Shown: piece after piece, positions 40,748-54,462 of the stretch
Position numbering within the stretch: the first letter of the stretch is position 1
How the letters are laid out: each line of letters opens with the position of its first letter
From: an uncultured Methanoregulaceae archaeon
Lineage (GTDB): Archaea > Halobacteriota > Methanomicrobia > Methanomicrobiales > Methanospirillaceae
Direction: 5' to 3'
Assembly: GCA_963841015.1 (NCBI GenBank)
Contig: CAWJAX010000003.1
Span: 160,001-224,000 of the forward strand
DNA length: 64,000 nucleotides
The notes under the pieces: generated by a model
What the model was told of the DNA's origin: nothing
The model's input: the letters and a program-made list of their open reading frames with translations, nothing else
Databases searched by the model: none
Position numbers and translations under genes: made by a program

Positions 40748-41725
40748 ATGGAAATCCTTTCTATCTTCCTGATCATCGCGGGTCTCGTTTTGTTTGAGAC
40801 AATAACCAGCATTGATAATGCCATTATCAATGCCGAAGTGCTCTCGACCATGGGTCAAAGGGCAAGACGCTGGTTTTTAACCTGGGGATTGTTAATCGCT
40901 GTCTTTGCAATCCGGGGTTTGCTTCCCTGGCTGATCGTCTGGATGTCAACGACCTCTCTGGGACCTCTTGGGGCATTAACTGCAACATTCTCAAGTGATC
41001 CACTCGTACTGGCAGCTATAGAACAGTCAGCTCCCATCCTTCTGATGGGAGGGGGAACGTTCCTGCTCTTTCTTTTCCTGCACTGGCTGTTCCTTGAGAG
41101 TAAAAATTTCGGTCTGCGGGGGGAGCGCTATATCGCTTCAAAAGGAGTCTGGTTCTTTGCCATTGTCTCTCTCCTCCTTACCGGGCTTGTCTGGTTTGCA
41201 TTGGAAAAATCTCCCCTTGTCGCGTTTGGAGCCGTGGTTGGTTCAACGACATTTTTTATTGTCCATGGATTCCGGCAGAATGCTGAAGAAGCGGAGAAGA
41301 AGATGCTTCAGTCATCTGGTATGTCAGATGTTAGCAAAGTCTTTTATCTTGAGGTCATCGATGCAACGTTCTCCATCGATGGTGTCATTGGTGCATTCGC
41401 GTTTACCATGTCTGTACCCCTTATCCTCATCGGTAATGGTATCGGTGCGTTTGTCGTCCGGGAATTAACCATACGAAACGTTGACAATATCAAGAAATAC
41501 CGGTATCTGAAAAACGGGGCAATGTACTCCATCTGCTTCCTGGGAGTTATCATGATGATGGATAGTTTCGGGGTTCATATCCCCTTCTGGGTCTCACCTG
41601 TCATCACATTTGGAGTCGTCGGATTCTTCATGATTAAATCGATGCGGGAAATCCCCCCGGCTGTCCGAATAAAATCAGGAGCCTGGCAAAACCATTGTTT
41701 TTTGGATGTCGCCAGCATGACCTGA
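40748..41725 (+). CDS. DUF475 / TerC-like membrane protein
   Basis: SIDNAIINA, YLEVIDATFSIDGVIGAFA, YLKNGAMYSI. Confidence 0.85.
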   Translation: MEILSIFLIIAGLVLFETITSIDNAIINAEVLSTMGQRARRWFLTWGLLIAVFAIRGLLPWLIVWMSTTSLGPLGALTATFSSDPLVLAAIEQSAPILLMGGGTFLLFLFLHWLFLESKNFGLRGERYIASKGVWFFAIVSLLLTGLVWFALEKSPLVAFGAVVGSTTFFIVHGFRQNAEEAEKKMLQSSGMSDVSKVFYLEVIDATFSIDGVIGAFAFTMSVPLILIGNGIGAFVVRELTIRNVDNIKKYRYLKNGAMYSICFLGVIMMMDSFGVHIPFWVSPVITFGVVGFFMIKSMREIPPAVRIKSGAWQNHCFLDVASMT

Positions 41726-41802
41726 ATCCTGGTTTTTTATAATGCTCCGGAAAATTTCCTGATTATGAAATGAAATATCGGTACAGGATAGTTTAAACGG
41801 GC

Positions 41803-41910
41803 GGACTGTGCCACTTTCCCGGAGGGCCCCTCCTGATATTCAGGTTAGGGGTATGTTACCCAATAGGGCATTATCCCTTTTTTTTGGGGAGCTGGAGCGC
41901 CAACGTGAAA
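41803..41910 (-). repeat. degenerate copy of dispersed repeat
   Basis: Minus strand TTTCAC...GCTCCCC...GATAA...AGGGGC...GGCAC.GTCC is collinear with, and about as long as, 21894-21996. Confidence 0.55.
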
Positions 41911-42025
41911 TACCGTAAGATTTGTGTTTTTTTTCAGTCTTACAAAAAATGAATGGACAGAATTCTGGCTGACGTCATGTATTCCCGTTTCTGCTGCACA
42001 TCTTCCATACCAACCTCAGAAAGCA

Positions 42026-43276
42026 TTACCGGGATTTTGTCGTCGGCGAAAACATTCGACCGATGTGTCTGATCTGGTTCATACACCACAGTCCACTTTT
42101 AAGCACCGGTACGATAAATCGCATCCTGCCATCCATCTCCTGCGACACTTCTCTGAGTCGGTCAGGGACAGGTATGTGCTGGGGACAGATTTTTTCACAC
42201 TTACCACATTGCCTGCACAATCCTGCGTAGGAGACATTTGAGAGTAGACCCCCGTGACGACTCATATAGTGGAATCTTGCACTCCCATCGTGAGGGAAAA
42301 AGCAGTGTGCGTTATAAAGAGAGAAACAGCCCGGGATATCAACACCCGCCGGGCAGGGCATACAGTATCCACATCCCGTACAGTTGACTTTCATCAGTCT
42401 CTGGTAGGTGTCGCGAACCCGGGCGACAATTTCCAGTTCCGGCAGGGAAAGTGAATTCGGGAGAGCTTCTCCGGCCACCCGCAGGTTCTCATCAATATGA
42501 AGCTCATCGTTCATTCCTGAAAGCACAACAGTTACTTCAGGATGATTCCATACCCAGCGGAGTGCCCACTCTGCAGGAGAGCGTTTGACCGGTGATTCGT
42601 CCCAGATTTTTTTTATCTCATCTGGTACATTCCCGGCAAGGTTGCCGCCACGGATAGGTTCCATTATCATAACAGCGATCTTTTTTCCGGCAGCATATTC
42701 AAGACCCCCGGTGCCAGCCTGATTGTGTTCATCGAGATAGTTGTACTGGATCTGGCAAAAATCCCAATCATAAGCATCGATGATCTCTTTGAATGTTGCA
42801 GGATCGCCGTGGAACGAGAAGCCGGCATTTTTTATTCTCCCGTCTTTTTTCTCGCTGTCGAGAAATCCCAGTACCCCGAGCTTCTTCATCTTCTCCCAGC
42901 TCGCTTTTGTGAGACTGTGAAGCAGATAGAAATCAATGTAATCAGTTTGAAGCGTGGAGAGTTGGGCAGAAAGAATATGGTTCATGTCATCAGGTGAATG
43001 GATTGACCAGGGCGGGAGTTTTGTTGCAATCCGCACTTTTTTCCGGTAGCCGTCTGCAAGTGCCCGGGCAAGAATTTTCTCGCTTTTGCCAAAATGATAT
43101 GCAGGAGCCGTATCGACGTAATTAACACCATTGTCGATAGCATACCGCAGCTGCCGGATCGCACGTTCTTCATCAATCCCGCCTCCGCTTTTTACCGGCA
43201 ATCGCATATATCCGAACCCGAGGATAGAAAGTTCGTCGCCGGTTTTAGGGACTTTACGGAAGAGCATAAGGGTCAC
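42026..43276 (-). CDS. aldo/keto reductase with C-terminal Fe-S domain
   Basis: LGFG.MRLP, YVDTA..YH, ATKLP, CTGCGYCMPCP and CRQCGKCEKICP. Confidence 0.9.
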   Translation of the reverse strand: MTLMLFRKVPKTGDELSILGFGYMRLPVKSGGGIDEERAIRQLRYAIDNGVNYVDTAPAYHFGKSEKILARALADGYRKKVRIATKLPPWSIHSPDDMNHILSAQLSTLQTDYIDFYLLHSLTKASWEKMKKLGVLGFLDSEKKDGRIKNAGFSFHGDPATFKEIIDAYDWDFCQIQYNYLDEHNQAGTGGLEYAAGKKIAVMIMEPIRGGNLAGNVPDEIKKIWDESPVKRSPAEWALRWVWNHPEVTVVLSGMNDELHIDENLRVAGEALPNSLSLPELEIVARVRDTYQRLMKVNCTGCGYCMPCPAGVDIPGCFSLYNAHCFFPHDGSARFHYMSRHGGLLSNVSYAGLCRQCGKCEKICPQHIPVPDRLREVSQEMDGRMRFIVPVLKSGLWCMNQIRHIGRMFSPTTKSR

Positions 43277-43379
43277 ATTTCTCTTATTTGATCTGTGATC
43301 TCAATAGGAGGCAGGGATTTAAAATTTTTCTTGGTTTCAGGTTCGACCTGAAAAAAGCGGATCAACCTGACATGTTCGA

Positions 43380-44187
43380 TTATCTCCCGCCATAGGACCT
43401 GACATGCTTCCAGGCACGGTGATATTGATCGAATGTCTTATCCTCCTCATTGTATATCCCAGGATCTTCCCTCAGGTACAGCTTGCGGTCTTCACCGACA
43501 GGACAGACCTTGATACAGAGACCGCATGGGGAGATAGATCTTTTATACAGAGCTTCAGACCGGGTGGCACATGCTTTTTTGTCGGTGAGCCCTTCCGGGT
43601 ATTGCCTGCCATCCAGGGCTTTTACCGGACAGATATCCACACACTGCATGCATTCTGTACATAAAGATCTTTCGATAACCGGATCGGGAGGAATATCCGC
43701 TGCGGTAAAAATCGAGGCAAAGCGTATTCTCGGTCCGAATTTTTCGGTCAGCAGCATATTGTTTAACCCAAAATTTCCCAGACCTGCAAGAAAGGCGGCA
43801 TGACGATGAGAGAAAAAAGTAACGGGGTTTTCCTTTAAGATACTTATCGATCCATAACCGTCCCGCGGGATCCAAATCGAAGGGAAGCCTTCAGCATTCA
43901 GGTATAAAGCGATACGGTACCCGCTCGCGTCCAGCAGCATATTGACCGTCCGGTACAGTTCGTGGTAATAGATTGAGGGAGATGTATCCACAATCGGCAG
44001 GAGTACCGGAATACCGATCACAATAACAGTCCGGGTCTCGGGAAAAATTGACCGTGGCCGGAAGTCCTCAGGAATCCAGGGTTCGAATAAAGGTTTGTCC
44101 CATCTTTGGGCTGGGGCAAAACCAATGAGGGGAATGTCGAGATCCTTAAGTCTGGAGATGATTTTTTGTTTTAACGTGATGTTCATG
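43380..44187 (-). CDS. epoxyqueuosine reductase-like 4Fe-4S protein
   Basis: SHRHAAFLAGLG, FGPRIRF, CTECMQCVDICP, CGLCIKVCP. Confidence 0.8.
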
Positions 44188-44336
44188 ATTCTACCATGGC
44201 ACGGGCAGCGATAAATGAATTTGGTGGCCTCTTCTGCTTTTGAAAAACATCTTTTTTGCACGAACCATTTCGAACAATGAGTTATGATATATTTATTAGA
44301 CCGGACACCAAGAAAAAAACGGGTGAGCAGATAACT

Positions 44337-44594
44337 ATGGCTTTTGTTCCTGATCCCGCAGTCCTGGTAAATCTCCTCCTGTGCTTAGTTATTCTTGTGT
44401 TGGGATACCTGGTATATCGGAAACGAAACAGTATCAGTGCATTGTTTATTGGTGTTGCTTTTGGCTTGTTCGGTTTATCACATATGAGCACACTGCTTGG
44501 ACAGACGTTGTTTCCCGAAGTTACCTTTATGCTGTTGAGGATTTGTGGATATTTGTTCGTTATTGCAGCCCTCTACCTGTCACTTACCGAATAA
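44337..44594 (+). CDS. small three-TM membrane protein
   Basis: MAFVPDPAVLVN..., AFGLFGLSH, hydrophobic helices. Confidence 0.7.
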   Translation: MAFVPDPAVLVNLLLCLVILVLGYLVYRKRNSISALFIGVAFGLFGLSHMSTLLGQTLFPEVTFMLLRICGYLFVIAALYLSLTE

Positions 44595-44643
44595 TCCGTT
44601 GGACTAAAACGATGAGGGATATGCAGGAAAGAAACAACAGGAG

Positions 44644-45063
44644 TCAGTTATTTCCCATAACCGTGCACACGATCGTCCGCTCGCGTCCAGCGTTCACATC
44701 ACATTCAAGCAGGACAATCTGCTGCCATGTCCCGCACATCAGGGTGCCTCCCTTCAGGGGTATGGTGAGTGAAGGGCCGACCAGAGCTGCTTTTACGTGT
44801 GAGCGGCCGTTTCCGTCACCCCAGCGGGCATTATGAGCATAATCTGCGCTATCCGGGGCGAGGACGGAGAGTGCTCGCCTGAGATCGGAAAGTACTCCTG
44901 GCTCGTATTCAATGGTCGTGAGTGCTGCTGTAGAATGTTGCACGAAAAGGTGGGCGACACCGTCCTTTATCCCGCTCTCCTGGATGGCGGTTCCGATTGC
45001 ATCCGTGATGTTGATGATATCCCCTTCACGGTGTGAGTTCACATGGATCTCTTTACGGTACAT
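44644..45063 (-). CDS. yjbQ: YjbQ/UPF0047 family protein
   Basis: HSTAALT..E, GNGRSHVKA, GTWQQI...E.D. Confidence 0.9.
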   Translation of the reverse strand: MYRKEIHVNSHREGDIINITDAIGTAIQESGIKDGVAHLFVQHSTAALTTIEYEPGVLSDLRRALSVLAPDSADYAHNARWGDGNGRSHVKAALVGPSLTIPLKGGTLMCGTWQQIVLLECDVNAGRERTIVCTVMGNN

Positions 45064-45231
45064 GAATTATCCCGATCAGGGAGATTGGGGGCCGGACAGA
45101 TAAATGATATGGGAAGAACCTAAACGGCTGAAATAAGATCCCAGATACCTGATTTAAGTCCCTGGATAGAACCGGTGGAAACCTGCCCTGGTCCTCTAAA
45201 ACCTCTTCCAGAATGACTTTAAAAAAAATCT

Positions 45232-47728
45232 CTAAAAAAAATTACTCTTCCGGTTTTTCCGCTCCGGGATCACTGTCCCATTGTCCATGTCCACCGGGAG
45301 GATCGCCACACCAACAACCTTGTCCTTTTCATCAAGGCGCATGACGCGGACGCCCTTGGTACCGCGGCCGATAACACGGATCTCACTGACCGGGGTCCTG
45401 ATGACCACACCTGATGCAGTCATGGCGATAATCTCATCAGTGTCGGAGACTGCACGCGACTCGATGATCACAGCATCGCGCTCGAGAACCATGGTGCGGA
45501 CGCCCCTTGTTCCCCGGCCATGCCCACGGAAATCGTCAAATTCGGTCCGTTTTCCGAACCCGACATCGGATATGGTGAGGAGTGTGTGTTCACTATCTAC
45601 GAGTGTAATGGCGCAGACCGTATCCTCCTTGATGTGGAACCGCATGCCAATAACACCGGATGCATTCCGTCCCACGATCCTGACGGTCTCTTCGTGGAAT
45701 CGGAGGCCGTACCCGAACCGGGTCGAGAGGACGACTTCCCGGGTATTGTCTGTCGTGATGACGTCGACAAGCTGGTCTCCTTCCTTGAGCCGGATCGCGT
45801 TCGTTCCGGTCGACCGAGGGTTCGAGAACTCAGTCTCCGGGATCTTGATAACCTGCCCGAGTTTTGTCGCGAACATAAGGTACTTGTCAGGCCGGAACTC
45901 GCGGATGGGGATAACGGTCGTGATGACCTCATCTTTTAAGTTGAGGAGATTAATGATCGGCTTGCCCTTTGCAATCCTTGAGCTCTCGGGGATCTGGTAT
46001 ACCTTGAGCCAGTACACCCGGCCGGTGCTTGTGAAGCAGAGAAGGTAGTCCTTCATGCCGGCAGCGAAAACTGAGCTGACGACATCATCCTCCTTCGTAG
46101 TCATTCCCGTGACACCATGGCCTCCACGCCGCTGCTTCCTGTAGGTGTCGAGATCCATCCGCTTGATATAGTTCGTCTTCGTGATGGAGACGAGCACCGT
46201 CTTGTCCTCGATCAGATCCTCGGTCGAGAGATCGCTTGTGTCGAGGGCAATCTCCGTTCTGCGGGCGTCACCGAACTTCAGGGCGATCTCGGAGGTCTCG
46301 CGCCGGATCTCGTCCTTGATGTTTGCCTCGGACGAGAGGATCGTCTCGAGCCTGCGGATCTCTGTTTCGAGATCGTTCTTCTCATCGGTTATTTTCCGCT
46401 GCTCAAGCGCCGCGAGCCTGCGAAGCTGCATCTGCAGGATTGCATTAGCCTGGGGTTCATCGAGGCCGAAACCCGCAATGAGCGCGATCCGTGCGTTGTC
46501 GACCGTGTCGGATCCACGGATTGCCGCGATGATCTTATCGATATTCGCGAGAGCGGTGAGGAGGCCGTTTAAGATATGGACCCGCTCTTGGCACTTGTTG
46601 AGGTCGAACTCCGACCTGCGCCTGATCACCTCGATCCGGTGGTGGACGAAGTTCCCGAGGAGTGCCGGGAGATTGAGGATCTTCGGGGCCCCGTCCACGA
46701 TCGCGAGGTTGGAAGCCGAGAAACTGGACTCCAGCGCCGTGTATTTGTACAGGTTGTTGAGAATGACCGCAGAGATCATGCCCTTTTTCAGCTCGAAGAC
46801 GACCCGGATCCCGTCCTTGTCCGATTCATCGCGGATATCGCTGATGCCATCGAGCTTCTTGTCTTTGACCATCTCCGCGATAGCCGTAATCCACAGGGCT
46901 TTGTTGACCTGGTACGGGAGTTCGGTGACAATAATCCGGTCGCCCCGGTTACCGCCTTCGGACTCTTCTATCTCGGCAACCCCGCGGACCACGACCCGGC
47001 CCTGGCCGGTAGCATAGTAATTCCTGACACCTTCGACGCCCATCAGGATGCCGCCGGTCGGGAAGTCCGGGCCCTTCATGATCTGGAGGAGTTCCTCTAC
47101 AGTTACATTCGGTTCTTCGAGGAAGCGGTTGACAGCTGCACAGACCTCGCGGAGGTTGTGCGGCGGCATCTTGGTCGCCATCCCGACTGCGATACCGTCA
47201 GTCCCGTTGACGAGGAGGTTGGGGATCTTCGAGGGGAGGACGGTCGGTTCTTTCAGTGACTCATCGTAGTTGGGGACGAACGTTACCGTCTCCTTGTCGA
47301 GGTCCTGCAGGATTGCCTCGGCATACGGGAAGAGCCGGACTTCGGTGTACCTGCTTGCTGCCGCGGAATCGCCATCCACGGAACCGAAGTTGCCCTGCCC
47401 CTGCACCAGCATGTGGCGGTACGAGAAGGCCTGGGCCATCTTGACGATGGTGTCGTAGATGGAAGCATCGCCGTGCGGGTGATACTTACCCATCACGTCA
47501 CCAACCACCCTTGCGCTCTTCTTGGTGGGCTTGTCACTCGTGTTGCCCATGTCCCACATCGCATAGAGCGAGCGCCGGTGAACCGGCTTGAGACCATCGC
47601 GGACATCGGGGATGGCACGGCCGATGATGACCGACATCGCGTAATTGATGTACGAGGTCTTCATCTCCTGCTCGATGCTGATCGGCTCGGTCCTGTGAGT
47701 TACAACTGCTTCAGCAGGGACATTCTTC

Positions 47729-47739
<11 letters not shown>
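45232..47739 (-). CDS. gyrA: DNA gyrase subunit A
   Basis: RDGLKPVHRR, YHPHGD, RYTE active site, GyrA-box QRRGGHG, beta-pinwheel repeats. Confidence 0.97.
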
Positions 47740-49838
<2,099 letters not shown>

Positions 49839-50109
49839 TTAAAAAAATACATAAAATTGCGCAGAATTTTCACATGTATTATTGGTGTCCGGATCATATA
49901 AGGGTACTCCTCTATTTTCAGACGTAAAAATAATAAAATTACTGCTTTGCAAAAACCACTATTTTCTGATGATTTTTTTAAAAATATATTTTGTCTTGGT
50001 TATGCAGGGAAACGTTGCCATCCAGAGGTAGAATCCCACAACTTTTTATAATATAGGTTTCTTCCTTCGCTGAATTTTCTGTTACCCCTGATCGAAAAAA
50101 GAGCCCGGG

Positions 50110-50418
50110 TCATTTGTACTCGCCGATTGATGCGTCAGCAATACCGAGTTCGCGGTCAATTGCGACTACCAGCCTGTTGAGGGTATTAACTACGTCTTTT
50201 GCTTCTTCCTTGTCCATAGTGCCCGGCTGGTGCCAGATTACTTTCTTTTTCAAAAGCGTGGTGATCTCTTCAACCTCAGTACCTTTGAACTTTTCCGGCA
50301 GCACCAGCCCCCCTACGTGATCCCCGGCCCCGAACCAGGCTTGATCCGGGGGCAGTGCAAAGTGCCGGACGATGAGCATGATGCTCGTGATAAATCCATG
50401 ACCAAACGGATGCTCCAT
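50110..50418 (-). CDS. hypothetical protein
   Basis: 102-aa ORF co-oriented downstream of cbiQ; WFGAGDH, AIDRELG. Confidence 0.65.
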   Translation of the reverse strand: MEHPFGHGFITSIMLIVRHFALPPDQAWFGAGDHVGGLVLPEKFKGTEVEEITTLLKKKVIWHQPGTMDKEEAKDVVNTLNRLVVAIDRELGIADASIGEYK

Positions 50419-50456
50419 GATTACAAGATGGTGAAGGAGTTAAAAAAAGATACTGG

Positions 50457-51285
50457 TTAAAATAGACGGACTGCAGTCACCCAGATCATCACCGGAACGG
50501 TTACGATAAAGCTGAGGGAGAACGTAAGAAATACCCACTCGTATCTCCGAAGGGGTTTTTTTGTCACAAAGAGAAAACTTTCCCTGCCATATCCCCGACA
50601 GAGCATACTGGTGTATACCCTTTCCCCCTGCTCGTACGAACGGATAAACATGGTGCCGATGGTGTAGCCCAGTCTGATTGAGACGATAGCGGTAGGGAAG
50701 ATGGCGATCGAACGCATCGAAGCATTTGGTCTTTAATGTTTCGTTGATCTTGCGGTACATATACCCGAACACAAACAGGTAGCGGATCATCATGCCCAAT
50801 GCTAGTGCGAATTCTGCGGGCAGTCCCATTCGGGAAGCTCCCTCGAGGAGCTCAGGCATCTTTGTCGTTGATGAGAGGAGAATAATAAAAGAGACCGTGA
50901 CAATAAACTTAACCAGGAGAATAAAGGCAAACTCTATGGATTCAGCATAGATGTTTATTCCCCACGGAAGGCTCACGACCACCGTGTAATCGGTGTAGTA
51001 CTTGTTCTTTACAAAAATCTGGAAGAAGATGATTATTCCCCAGAGAGGAAGTATCGAGAGCAGACGTTTTGCATAGACCGCAAGGGGAAGTCGTGAGCAG
51101 CACCAGAGTATGAAAAAGAAAGCAAAGAAAATAGCTCCCACAGTATAGATCATCGTTGAGTAGGGCACGGCAACAAGGGCAATGATTGCGGCAAACGCAA
51201 TTACGATTTTAACCCTTGCGTCAAGACGATGGATCACACTGGTCTTATATGCATCCCGTTCTATCTCAAAGAGCTCTTCTATCAT
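50457..51285 (-). CDS. cbiQ: Ni/Co ECF transporter T component (frameshifted)
   Basis: IHRLDARVK, MMIRY; C-terminus IGTMFIRSYEQGERVYTSMLCRG lies in a second frame. Confidence 0.88.
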
Positions 51286-52115
51286 GATCGTTTGCCAAAT
51301 GCTCGAAGCAGGGAGTTCTCTGCGTCCGCGTAGGTGTAGGCCATGGATACTTCTACGCCACTCTCTTTTAGCGTCTTTAAGAGTTTGGGAAGAACGGGTA
51401 CATCGAGTCGGACGGACTGAAGCATCTCCGGCTGCACAAAGATCTCGTCCACGGTTCCGCTCGCTACGATGCGTCCTTTGTCCATGACATAGATATAATC
51501 GGCTACCTCAGGAACGAGTGCCACATCATGAGTTGAGAAGATAACGGTCATCCCGTACTTTTCCGAAAGGGAGTTTATGAACCTGTTAAGGTCGGCAACG
51601 CCCCGGGGATCAAGACCGGCATTTGGTTCATCAAGCACGAGCACTTCCGGTTCCATCGCAATGACCCCGGCAATGGCAACCCGCTTCTTTTCACCCCCGC
51701 TCAGGTGATGGGGCACCCGGCTGGCAAGGTGCTCGATCCCTACCACCCGAAGAGCTTCGTGTACACGGTGGCGGATAGTTTCTGCATCGAGGCCGAGATT
51801 CGTGGGACCAAAAGCAACATCCTGCTCAACCGTTGGTGAGAAGATCTGGTCATCAGGATTCTGAAAAACGATGCCTACAAATTTCCTTATCTCCCGAAGG
51901 TTCTGCTTCGTGATGGGTTCGCCCCGGATAAGAACGGAACCGGAGGTAGGTTTGAAGATGCCATTGAAGTGCTTGAACAGCGTGCTTTTTCCTGCACCGT
52001 TCGATCCGATCACCGCGATGCGTGCTTTTCTCGGGGCGATAAAATTGATATGGTCCAGTGCGGTGACGTTACCGGGATAGACATAATTGAGCTCGCGGGT
52101 CTCGATCAGGTGCAT
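51282..52115 (-). CDS. cbiO: ECF transporter ATPase
   Basis: GSNGAGKST, FQNPDDQ, LSGGEKKR, LDEP. Confidence 0.92.
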   Translation of the reverse strand: MHLIETRELNYVYPGNVTALDHINFIAPRKARIAVIGSNGAGKSTLFKHFNGIFKPTSGSVLIRGEPITKQNLREIRKFVGIVFQNPDDQIFSPTVEQDVAFGPTNLGLDAETIRHRVHEALRVVGIEHLASRVPHHLSGGEKKRVAIAGVIAMEPEVLVLDEPNAGLDPRGVADLNRFINSLSEKYGMTVIFSTHDVALVPEVADYIYVMDKGRIVASGTVDEIFVQPEMLQSVRLDVPVLPKLLKTLKESGVEVSMAYTYADAENSLLRAFGKRS

Positions 52116-52157
52116 GAGTATAGGGAATAGGTTGAAAAAATGTAAAGTTCTTTGGGT

Positions 52158-52505
52158 TTAGTTTACCGGTTTGTTAGCAGCCTTGATGGCATAGGCAAGA
52201 CCGATTGCAACAAGGAATGCAAGCAAGGTGCCGACAATTATTGCAATTAGCCCACCCATAGGCCCCATCTCCTCCCCAAGGGAGTAATCCGGGCATGAGT
52301 GATGTATAGGAAAACTTTCCCGTCATGTCTTCGTGAATCTCAGCAGTTCCGGTGGTGTTGCGCCGGTAAGTTCCTTCTGTCCCTGCACAACCAGCGCTGT
52401 GCTTTCCATACCATCCGGATCACCAGATGCCATGAATACGGCAGTAACCCCAATGAGCAGTGCGATAATAATACCTGCAATTATGAATGTTTTGTTGTCC
52501 ATCAT
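52158..52505 (-). CDS. PDGLE-domain (NikN/CbiN-like) ECF accessory subunit (frameshifted)
   Basis: ASGDPDGMES; continues in another frame as MPDYSLG...TM helix, stop 52158-52160. Confidence 0.8.
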
Positions 52506-52529
52506 GATGCTTATGCCCCCGATGGAGTC

Positions 52530-53156
52530 TTAACTCCGCGTATCCACCAGATCCGGGCGGACATTGGTGATAAGGTAAATGGCTGCTACGGTTACAAGTC
52601 CTTCGATCACACCGATGATTGCATGGTAGATTCCCATCGCAATCAAGCCTTCCACGAGCGGGAATGTGCCTGCAAGGAACATCTCAACTGACAGGCGAGA
52701 GCCGGTATCAGGCAAGCCAGCCATGCCGCAAAGAAGGCGGAGATTGGCATGCTCTTTGTCATTCCCATCAATCCCTTGAACGTGTAGAAGCCGACAAAGC
52801 CTCCGATTACACCCATATTGATAATGTTGGCGCCCATCACAACGATACCGCCATCACCAAATACGACGCCTGCACAATCAGGACCAGGGTGAGAATGAAA
52901 GACAGCCGCGAAGGGTGATCCGAGAAGGATGGCTGCTAAGTGCACCACCTACGAGGTGTCCGCTTGTCCCCATCGATACGGGGAGGTTGAAGGACTGGAG
53001 GGCAAAGATACCGGCTGCAAGAACCGCGACCAGCGGAAGTTTCTCTTCGTTCAGTTCGTTCTTTGCCCACTTGAGAGCAAGTGCTATAAACACAAGGGCA
53101 ATAATCCAGTAGATTGCGCCCTGCCAGATTGGTATGAATGCGTCAGGAATATGCAT
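52530..53156 (-). CDS. cbiM: Ni/Co ECF S component CbiM/NikM (several frameshifts)
   Basis: MHIPD metal-binding N-terminus, GTSGH, FGDGG...GANIINMG, IEGLVT spread over three ORFs. Confidence 0.88.
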
Positions 53157-53170
53157 GGATTCACCACAAA

Positions 53171-53242
53171 GTAATTATTACAATTATACAATATCGTAAC
53201 ACCTAGTAATTAAAAAGTATTGCTATTTGATATTATATCAAA
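53171..53242. promoter_or_regulatory. candidate NikR operator(s) at the cbiM promoter
   Basis: TTATTAC-N14-GTAACAC (53175-53202) and palindrome TTTGATAT-T-ATATCAAA (53226-53242), between cbiM and divergent nikR. Confidence 0.5.
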
Positions 53243-53641
53243 ATTATTCTAAATTTCATCTGAACATTTAAATTAGTCTCACCCTGGGGCATACAATGTT
53301 GGAACAACATTTCAGAGGCGATAAAAAAAATTTAATTCCTTACATGAACCCTCTTTTGAGAAAGTACCACCATGACTCAATGGAGGGCTTTTAGTAATAA
53401 ATTTTTTTATTTTTGTATGATTTTTTAAATTAATATTAAAAAAAATAAAAATGTTATGTGAAATCGGCAATTCTCTCTCAATAACCATGGTTTTTCTTAT
53501 TAATTGATAACGGATTTTGATGAATCCATGGATGACTTGATAATTTCTCATGTCGGAAGTCTCATTCTTTCATACTTTCCCGAACATTTTTCAAAACCTT
53601 AAAAAACAATCCGCAATGATATAGACATCACTGAGGCTAGT

Positions 53642-54064
53642 ATGACCATGGACTCTGATCTCTCACGCATCGGAATATCGCTTCCCAGCAACCTGCTTGA
53701 CAAATTTGATGATATTATCAACCAGCGCGGGTACTCGTCGCGTTCAGAGGGGATCCGTGATGCGATCCGTACCTATATCACGTATTACAAATGGATGTCC
53801 GATGTCAAGGGTGAACGTGAAGGGGTCATTACCATGGTATATGATCATGATCAGAGAGGACTGCTGGTCACCCTCACCGATATTCAGCATGAATTTCATG
53901 CCATCATCAAGGCATCACTCCATTCGCACGTAACCCATGATCGCTGTCTGGAAGTGATTCTGGTTCATGGGGATGGTGCAGAGATCAAAACGTTTGCCGA
54001 GCGGCTCATGTCCCAGAAAGGTGTTGAGTCGGTGAAGCTTACGACTATCCACGTTGAAGAGTAA
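53642..54064 (+). CDS. nikR: nickel-responsive regulator NikR
   Basis: RIGISLP RHH, SRSEGIRDAIR, YDH, QH, HSH....CLEV nickel ligands. Confidence 0.95.
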   Translation: MTMDSDLSRIGISLPSNLLDKFDDIINQRGYSSRSEGIRDAIRTYITYYKWMSDVKGEREGVITMVYDHDQRGLLVTLTDIQHEFHAIIKASLHSHVTHDRCLEVILVHGDGAEIKTFAERLMSQKGVESVKLTTIHVEE

Positions 54065-54462
54065 GGGGCACAAAACCATTTTTTTTGGAATCTTTTTAAA
54101 ATAAAAAGGAAATGAGGTCATCTTTTTTCCCTGCTGCCGTAAAATCTCCAACAATAAAAAAAAAGATGCATTGCATCAATGCCTTGCCAGTCTTTATTAT
54201 TCTATCAGAACAGGATATAGATTGAGAAAGATCCGGACAGATATCACCCAGAACAAATCTTATACCGGGTCTTTCGGTTCCTTCAAATACTGCACATAAT
54301 CCAAAATATCTTCAAATAATGTTCTATATGTCGAAAAGTCCAATTAAAACAATGAAATTTTTTAAGGTAAATATAAATACATGTACGAAAAATTATTACC
54401 AACGGTAAACAGAGATTGTAAATTGACTATCTGTCAATATCGATGGATCTGCGGAGAATACT

